Positions 58,983 through 64,000 of a stretch of 64,000 bases of DNA are shown here, piece after piece (position 1 is the stretch's first letter; the number at the start of each line of letters is the position of its first letter). The stretch spans positions 1,376,001 to 1,440,000 of the forward strand of contig OY762463.1 in assembly GCA_963665815.1 (NCBI GenBank). The letters are read 5' to 3'. Origin of the DNA: Candidatus Cloacimonadales bacterium (GTDB taxonomy: Bacteria; Cloacimonadota; Cloacimonadia; Cloacimonadales; JAIOQZ01). Both the position numbers and the translations under genes were made by a program. A model generated the notes under the pieces. That model saw only the letters and a list, made by a program, of their open reading frames with translations. It was not told where the DNA came from and did no database searches.

Positions 58983-59910
58983 AATAGTTCTTTCTGTATT
59001 CACACTCATGATTCTCTTTTTACTTAACGCGTGTAATACAGTCCACGTTAAATACTATCCCGTAAAGCAAGTACAAGCAGATACACTATCTCTGAAACCT
59101 TATGCAAAGTTTGACTCTGAAATGATCAACGAATCATCTGCACTGGTGAAAAGCAGACAATACGATGACGTATACTGGACACTGAATGATTCCGGTGATG
59201 AAAGCAGAATTTTTGCAGTAACACACGATGGTAACCTGATAAAACCAAAATGGGCAAGAAACTATTCCGGTATTCATATCCCTGATGCAGTGAATGTAGA
59301 CTGGGAAGATATTACTACCGATAACAATGGCAACTTGATAATCGGTGCCTGTGGGAACAACTCCAATGTGAGAAAAGACCTTGCAGTATACATTGTTAAA
59401 GAGCCACATCCTCTTGCAACATTCTCTACACGGTATTATAAGAAAATAGATTTTTACTATCCGGATCAAACATCATTTCCACCGGACACAACTAACTTCA
59501 ATTTTGACTGCGAAGCTATTTTCACATGCAGCAACACATTGTATTTCCTGTCAAAACACAGATCGGACACAAATACAAGATTATACAGACTTGATTCCTA
59601 TTTCACAGATATGCCTAATCCTCTGACAAAACTTGCTGAGTTTGAGATAAACGGTAGTGTAACTGCAGCTGATTGTTCAAAAGACGGTAAAAAACTGGCG
59701 GTTCTGACCTATAACAATATCTGGCTCTTCGAAGACTATGAAGATGATAATTTCTTCGATGGCAGAATGAGATTTATGCCGATAAAAGCTAAACAATGCG
59801 AAGCTATTGCCTTTGACGGAGATAAGCTGATAATTACCAATGAACAGATGGAATTGATTGAAGTTCCAATGGATAAATTCACTGACGTTTCTTTGGTTAC
59901 ACCTGAATAG
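58960..59910 (+). CDS. Lipoprotein, probable beta-propeller
   Basis: Lipobox LNAC; INESSAL, WTLNDSG, DWEDI, FDCEA, VTAAD, QCEAI. Confidence 0.75.
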   Translation: MKMKKMIRIVLSVFTLMILFLLNACNTVHVKYYPVKQVQADTLSLKPYAKFDSEMINESSALVKSRQYDDVYWTLNDSGDESRIFAVTHDGNLIKPKWARNYSGIHIPDAVNVDWEDITTDNNGNLIIGACGNNSNVRKDLAVYIVKEPHPLATFSTRYYKKIDFYYPDQTSFPPDTTNFNFDCEAIFTCSNTLYFLSKHRSDTNTRLYRLDSYFTDMPNPLTKLAEFEINGSVTAADCSKDGKKLAVLTYNNIWLFEDYEDDNFFDGRMRFMPIKAKQCEAIAFDGDKLIITNEQMELIEVPMDKFTDVSLVTPE

Positions 59911-59933
59911 TATTTAGATAAATTTTTCGAGAC

Positions 59934-59959
59934 AGGAGATGCACTGATGTGCGTCTCCT
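59934..59959. terminator. Hairpin between convergent genes
   Basis: AGGAGATGCAC-TGAT-GTGCGTCTCCT. Confidence 0.65.
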
Positions 59960-60000
59960 TATTTTCTATATGTCATGACATTGCTGAAATGTGAGAAGTA

Positions 60001-62355
60001 TTATTTCAACATTATCATTTTGTTTATTAACGATGATTTTTCTGTTTTGACTTTATAGAAATATACTCCGGAACCTACACTTTTGTTGTTTTCGTCTGTC
60101 CCGTTCCATTCTATTGTGTGATGTCCGCTTTCCTTGTGCTCATTTACCAACTGCTTAACTTTCTGTCCTTTTATGTTATACACTTCAATGCAAGCATTTC
60201 CTTCTTCAGGAAGACTGTATGATATGGTTGTGGTTGGGTTAAACGGGTTAGGGTAGTTATAAGCAATTACCTTTGTGTCTTTAAAAGCTAAATCCTGATT
60301 GAAATTACCCACAGGCTGCCATTCATAACAGCCCATATCTACAGTACTGCCGTATGTTCTGGTGTTTCCTGCCAGATCAAGCAGTGGGAAATTACTGCCT
60401 GCTACTGCTCCGGCATCCACGCAGGGACTTGTTTCCTGCAATTTGTAATAGTCTGTGCTTGTGCTGTCTCCTCCGACAAACTCAGGCAAAACATCAATAT
60501 TGGTGTCTTCGTAAGTAAGTAGATGCTCGTTTTCTTTGGGTATTACCATAACTGATTGCTCTCCACCTAAAATCAGATTATTACTAATCGTGGAGGAGTT
60601 CTGGTGATCTACAGTACATATTGCTATTTCTCTGGAATCGTACATAGAATATGGATTGTAGAAAATATTATTATATACGTAAGAATTATTACCCACAATT
60701 TCAAACTTAACAAGCTGATCCTGAAAACTGATATAATTGTTGGCAAATGTATTATTCCTGACATATGTGTCACCATAAATAGAACCAATATACCCCACAG
60801 CCTGTGCGTTGTATGATATATTGTTTACTACAAGGTTGTTATCAAATACAACAAGACTGTCTCCAAACAGAACAAAAGCATTTTCATTGAGGGGGGCATA
60901 GCTTGTATTTCCATTGAATATACTGTTGGACACATAAACAGAGTCTGCTGTTACCCTTACTGCATTATCACAACATTCTATATGATACTCTGTTACCTGA
61001 TTACCGGTGAATTCGCAGCTATCTATGATTGCTTTACCAATACCATACATGTATAGTCCTGATTTGCTGTCTGTTGCCCTGCAATTCAGAATTTTCACAT
61101 TCCTTAGCTCAACATAATCGCAATCTTCAATCATTAAGCCAGTAATACTCCTGTCATAACAATTTTTTATGACAACATCCTTTAGTCTCACAGACTTACC
61201 ATTATCCCCCCGAAAAGTCAATCCTTCCCCGACAGGATTTTCTATTGTCAATCCGGATATTTCAATATCCTTGTATTCATACATTGCATACATAATACGT
61301 CTTTCCAATAAATAACCGCCAAGATAAGTGACATCTGAGCCTGCTCCGGCTAATCTGCAATGACTCTTTAATACAGGAGTATTAAATCTATCCAGAAACT
61401 GGAGCGAATAATCTCCGGCTGCAATATGTATAGTTTTAGGATTAAGACTGTCTGCTGCTATAAGTCTGCATGCATCTACTATTGAATACTTGGGATCATT
61501 GGATGTTAAACCGTTGTTATTGTCATCGCCATCCATGGATACATACAAATCTGCATTTACCGGTGTTATGTGCCCTCTGAGAATATCAAACTGCATGGGA
61601 TTTCCTGGGTTTGAAGAATAAAAGCTACTGTAGTTTGCATAATATCGGGATGGAACAGCTTCACTGAATTTATCAAGATAAATCATAGTTACAGTGTTGT
61701 AATCTCGCGGTATGGCATAATAATTAATATCCATACCTCCATACGCATAATTATTGTAAATACTGCATCTGTTGACTGAAGAAAAAATTATTTCTGAATT
61801 CATCTCAGGTTCATACTCCACCCCCCCCCCCTTCCATGCAAAGTTATCGTGAATATCAAGCCCGGATAACTCAATATCAATTTCTCCGGAGATAAATATT
61901 CCACCTCCGGCAAGCTCAACTCGGTTATCATATATTTCGCAATTGGTAATCTTCATATCACCATCGGCATTAATACTGATGCCACCACCCACAACACGAT
62001 CTTCTCCATAACCATTGGTAATTGTAAAACCTCTTATTTCTGCATTGTTTACCTGCTGTCCCCAGATTTCTATTACCTTGCCGACACCACAACCATTTAG
62101 TATGGTTTCTGCAATATAATGATCTTCTCCGGTTAGTGCTTCCATTGAATAAAGTTTTATTGATCTACCGTTAAAATTAAGATTTACTGCATAAAATCCA
62201 GGATATACAAGTACAATATCACCATCGGATGAGCTGTCTATTGCCTGCTGTATATCAGTAAAATCTCCGCTTCCATCGAGGTTTACAGTGTGGGTAGCAC
62301 TTATCAGAAGTATTGGTATCAATGTAACTATCAGTATTGCAAGCTGCTTTTTCAT
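60001..62355 (-). CDS. Secreted right-handed beta-helix protein with FlgD/T9SS-like C-terminal domain
   Basis: Signal peptide, DFTDIQQAI, GGGI repeats, LYVS..GDDNNNG, SPCVDAG...DLAGN.R...VDMGCYE, NYPNPFNP...KMIMLK. Confidence 0.88.
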   Translation of the reverse strand: MKKQLAILIVTLIPILLISATHTVNLDGSGDFTDIQQAIDSSSDGDIVLVYPGFYAVNLNFNGRSIKLYSMEALTGEDHYIAETILNGCGVGKVIEIWGQQVNNAEIRGFTITNGYGEDRVVGGGISINADGDMKITNCEIYDNRVELAGGGIFISGEIDIELSGLDIHDNFAWKGGGVEYEPEMNSEIIFSSVNRCSIYNNYAYGGMDINYYAIPRDYNTVTMIYLDKFSEAVPSRYYANYSSFYSSNPGNPMQFDILRGHITPVNADLYVSMDGDDNNNGLTSNDPKYSIVDACRLIAADSLNPKTIHIAAGDYSLQFLDRFNTPVLKSHCRLAGAGSDVTYLGGYLLERRIMYAMYEYKDIEISGLTIENPVGEGLTFRGDNGKSVRLKDVVIKNCYDRSITGLMIEDCDYVELRNVKILNCRATDSKSGLYMYGIGKAIIDSCEFTGNQVTEYHIECCDNAVRVTADSVYVSNSIFNGNTSYAPLNENAFVLFGDSLVVFDNNLVVNNISYNAQAVGYIGSIYGDTYVRNNTFANNYISFQDQLVKFEIVGNNSYVYNNIFYNPYSMYDSREIAICTVDHQNSSTISNNLILGGEQSVMVIPKENEHLLTYEDTNIDVLPEFVGGDSTSTDYYKLQETSPCVDAGAVAGSNFPLLDLAGNTRTYGSTVDMGCYEWQPVGNFNQDLAFKDTKVIAYNYPNPFNPTTTISYSLPEEGNACIEVYNIKGQKVKQLVNEHKESGHHTIEWNGTDENNKSVGSGVYFYKVKTEKSSLINKMIMLK

Positions 62356-62377
62356 AGGTTTCCTTTAATATCTCACT

Positions 62378-62563
62378 CCATTCGCAAGGTCTTAAGACCA
62401 TTGCGAAGGTGTGAGATATATTTATTTATTGAAAAACACTCCATAGCGATTCGCAGAATGGGCATAGCATTTTCCAATTGGTTTTACACACCCTAAATCG
62501 AATAAGTTCGATAGGGTACGATATTTTCCAACCATTGCGGAGGTCTTAAGACCATTCGCAAGG
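62378..62563. repeat. Cluster of REP-like palindromes
   Basis: CCATTCGCAAGGTCTTAAGACCATTGCGAAGG (62378-62409) and CCATTGCGGAGGTCTTAAGACCATTCGCAAGG (62532-62563) flank a different hairpin ACCCTAAATCGAATAAGTTCGATAGGGTAC (~62490-62519). Confidence 0.7.
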
Positions 62564-62571
62564 GGAAAATA

Positions 62572-64000
62572 CTATTTCAACATTATCATTTTGTTTATCA
62601 GCGATGATTTTTTGGTTTTGATTTTATAGAAATATACTCCGGAACCTACGTTCTTGTTATTTTCATCTGTTCCGTTCCATTTTATTGTATGATGTCCGCT
62701 TTCCTTGTGCTCATTAATGAGCTGTTTAACTTTTTGACCCTTAATATTATACACTTCAATACAGACATTGCCTTCTTCCGGTAAACTATATGAAATTGTT
62801 GTGGTTGGGTTGAACGGGTTGGGGTAGTTATAAGCAATTACCTTGGTATCTCTAAAATCTAAATCCTGATTGAAATTACCTACTGGCTGCCACTCATAAC
62901 AACCCATGTCTACAGTACTGCCGTATGTTCTGGTGTTTCCTGCCAGATCAAGCAGTGGGAAATTACTGCCTGTTACAGATCCGGCATCTACACAGGGACT
63001 TGTTTCCGTAAGATAGTAATACTCTGCAGAAGTTGAATCTCCTCCGACAAACTCCGGCAAAACATCAATATTTGTGTCTTCAAAGACTATTAAGTCTGCG
63101 AAATCTTCTTGTATACAGACTACAGAGCTCTCCCCACCTCTGATAAGGTTATTATATAGCACAGCAGCATCGTTTGGGTTTGATAGATACACAATCAGTT
63201 CACTGGAGTCATACATTGAGTATGGATTATAGAAGATATTATTATATATTTGGGCATCTCCACCACGTACTGCAAATTGTACAAGTTGATCCTGAAAACT
63301 GATATAATTGTTGACAAATGTATTATTACGTACTATGGAAGTACCTTTTGCCGATCTTACATAACCAATGGGCTGAGCATTATAAGACATGTTATTAATT
63401 ACCAGATTATTCTCAAATATTGCCAGACTATCTCCCACAAAATTGTAAGCATTGACATTACCCGGAGCATAACTTGTATTACCATTGAAAATACTGTTTG
63501 ATACAATAACAGAGTCTGCCATTACTCTTACTGCATTGTCATAACATTCAACATGATTTTCTGTTACCTGATTACCGGTGAACTCGCAACTATCAATTAT
63601 TGCCAGTCCAACATCGTTCATGTAAATACCTGAACTCCTATGTGTTGCTGTACAACTTAAGATTTTCATATTTCTTAATTCTACTCTCTTACAATGAATC
63701 AAATATAGTGCTGAGAAATCATCAGCGTTGCAATTTTTGATTACAACATCATTGAACTTTATTTTTTTTCCACTGAATCCATGAAATGATATGCCTTTAC
63801 CTACAGGATTTTCTATTGTCAAACCGGATATTTCGATGTATTGATACTCATACATCGCATAGATTATCCGAGCATTTTCAAGGTACCCTCCAAGATAAGT
63901 GACATCTGAGCCTGCTCCGGCTAATCTACAGTGACTCTTTAATACCGGAGTATTAAATCTGTCCAGAAACTGGAGCGAATAATCTCCGGCTGCAATATGG
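62572..64000 (-). CDS. Tandem paralog of 60001..62355, 3' part only (5' end beyond window)
   Basis: The frame stays open past 63855 to the window end, and 63890-64000 nearly duplicates 61320-61430. Same C-terminal sorting domain. Confidence 0.88.
   Translation of the reverse strand, partial: HIAAGDYSLQFLDRFNTPVLKSHCRLAGAGSDVTYLGGYLENARIIYAMYEYQYIEISGLTIENPVGKGISFHGFSGKKIKFNDVVIKNCNADDFSALYLIHCKRVELRNMKILSCTATHRSSGIYMNDVGLAIIDSCEFTGNQVTENHVECYDNAVRVMADSVIVSNSIFNGNTSYAPGNVNAYNFVGDSLAIFENNLVINNMSYNAQPIGYVRSAKGTSIVRNNTFVNNYISFQDQLVQFAVRGGDAQIYNNIFYNPYSMYDSSELIVYLSNPNDAAVLYNNLIRGGESSVVCIQEDFADLIVFEDTNIDVLPEFVGGDSTSAEYYYLTETSPCVDAGSVTGSNFPLLDLAGNTRTYGSTVDMGCYEWQPVGNFNQDLDFRDTKVIAYNYPNPFNPTTTISYSLPEEGNVCIEVYNIKGQKVKQLINEHKESGHHTIKWNGTDENNKNVGSGVYFYKIKTKKSSLINKMIMLK

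Noticed and set aside
62378-62563. CRISPR array
   Set aside because: Only two non-identical repeats about 120 bp apart, and no cas genes.
60001-64000. Diversity-generating retroelement VR/TR pair
   Set aside because: Differences between the copies are not adenine-restricted, both copies are full coding paralogs, and there is no reverse transcriptase in the window.

Overview
AT-rich bacterial window with no rRNA or CRISPR array. It comes from a diderm (TonB receptor, TolC), and the repeated C-terminal 'NYPNPFNP' FlgD/T9SS-like sorting domains suggest a Cloacimonadota/FCB-group organism (inference). The most notable locus is 6119-15153. A Moco/Tuco-type (molybdenum/tungsten cofactor) riboswitch candidate leads a tightly coupled nine-gene operon: a complete ECF transporter (S, A, A', T), a TonB-dependent receptor, three exported proteins built from degenerate molybdopterin-binding-like domains and an alkaline-phosphatase-superfamily lipoprotein. 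This reads as a candidate molybdopterin/tungstopterin salvage system. Nearby, an uncharacterised four-gene membrane cluster (DUF6754-like) is coupled to mobB. Non-coding and decayed features include a ~410 bp highly structured element with 15 bp flanking direct repeats, a decayed integrase plus attC-like cassette remnant behind two identical tRNA-Asn genes, REP-like palindromes, a sigma-54 promoter and a G11 tract in a tandem-duplicated surface protein. The rest is housekeeping and envelope genes (pgk, ribBA, tpx, rarD, MltC-like, MscS, TolC/MFP/Gld-like ABC, MBOAT) and sensor kinases. All family calls were made by eye from motifs; no searches were run.
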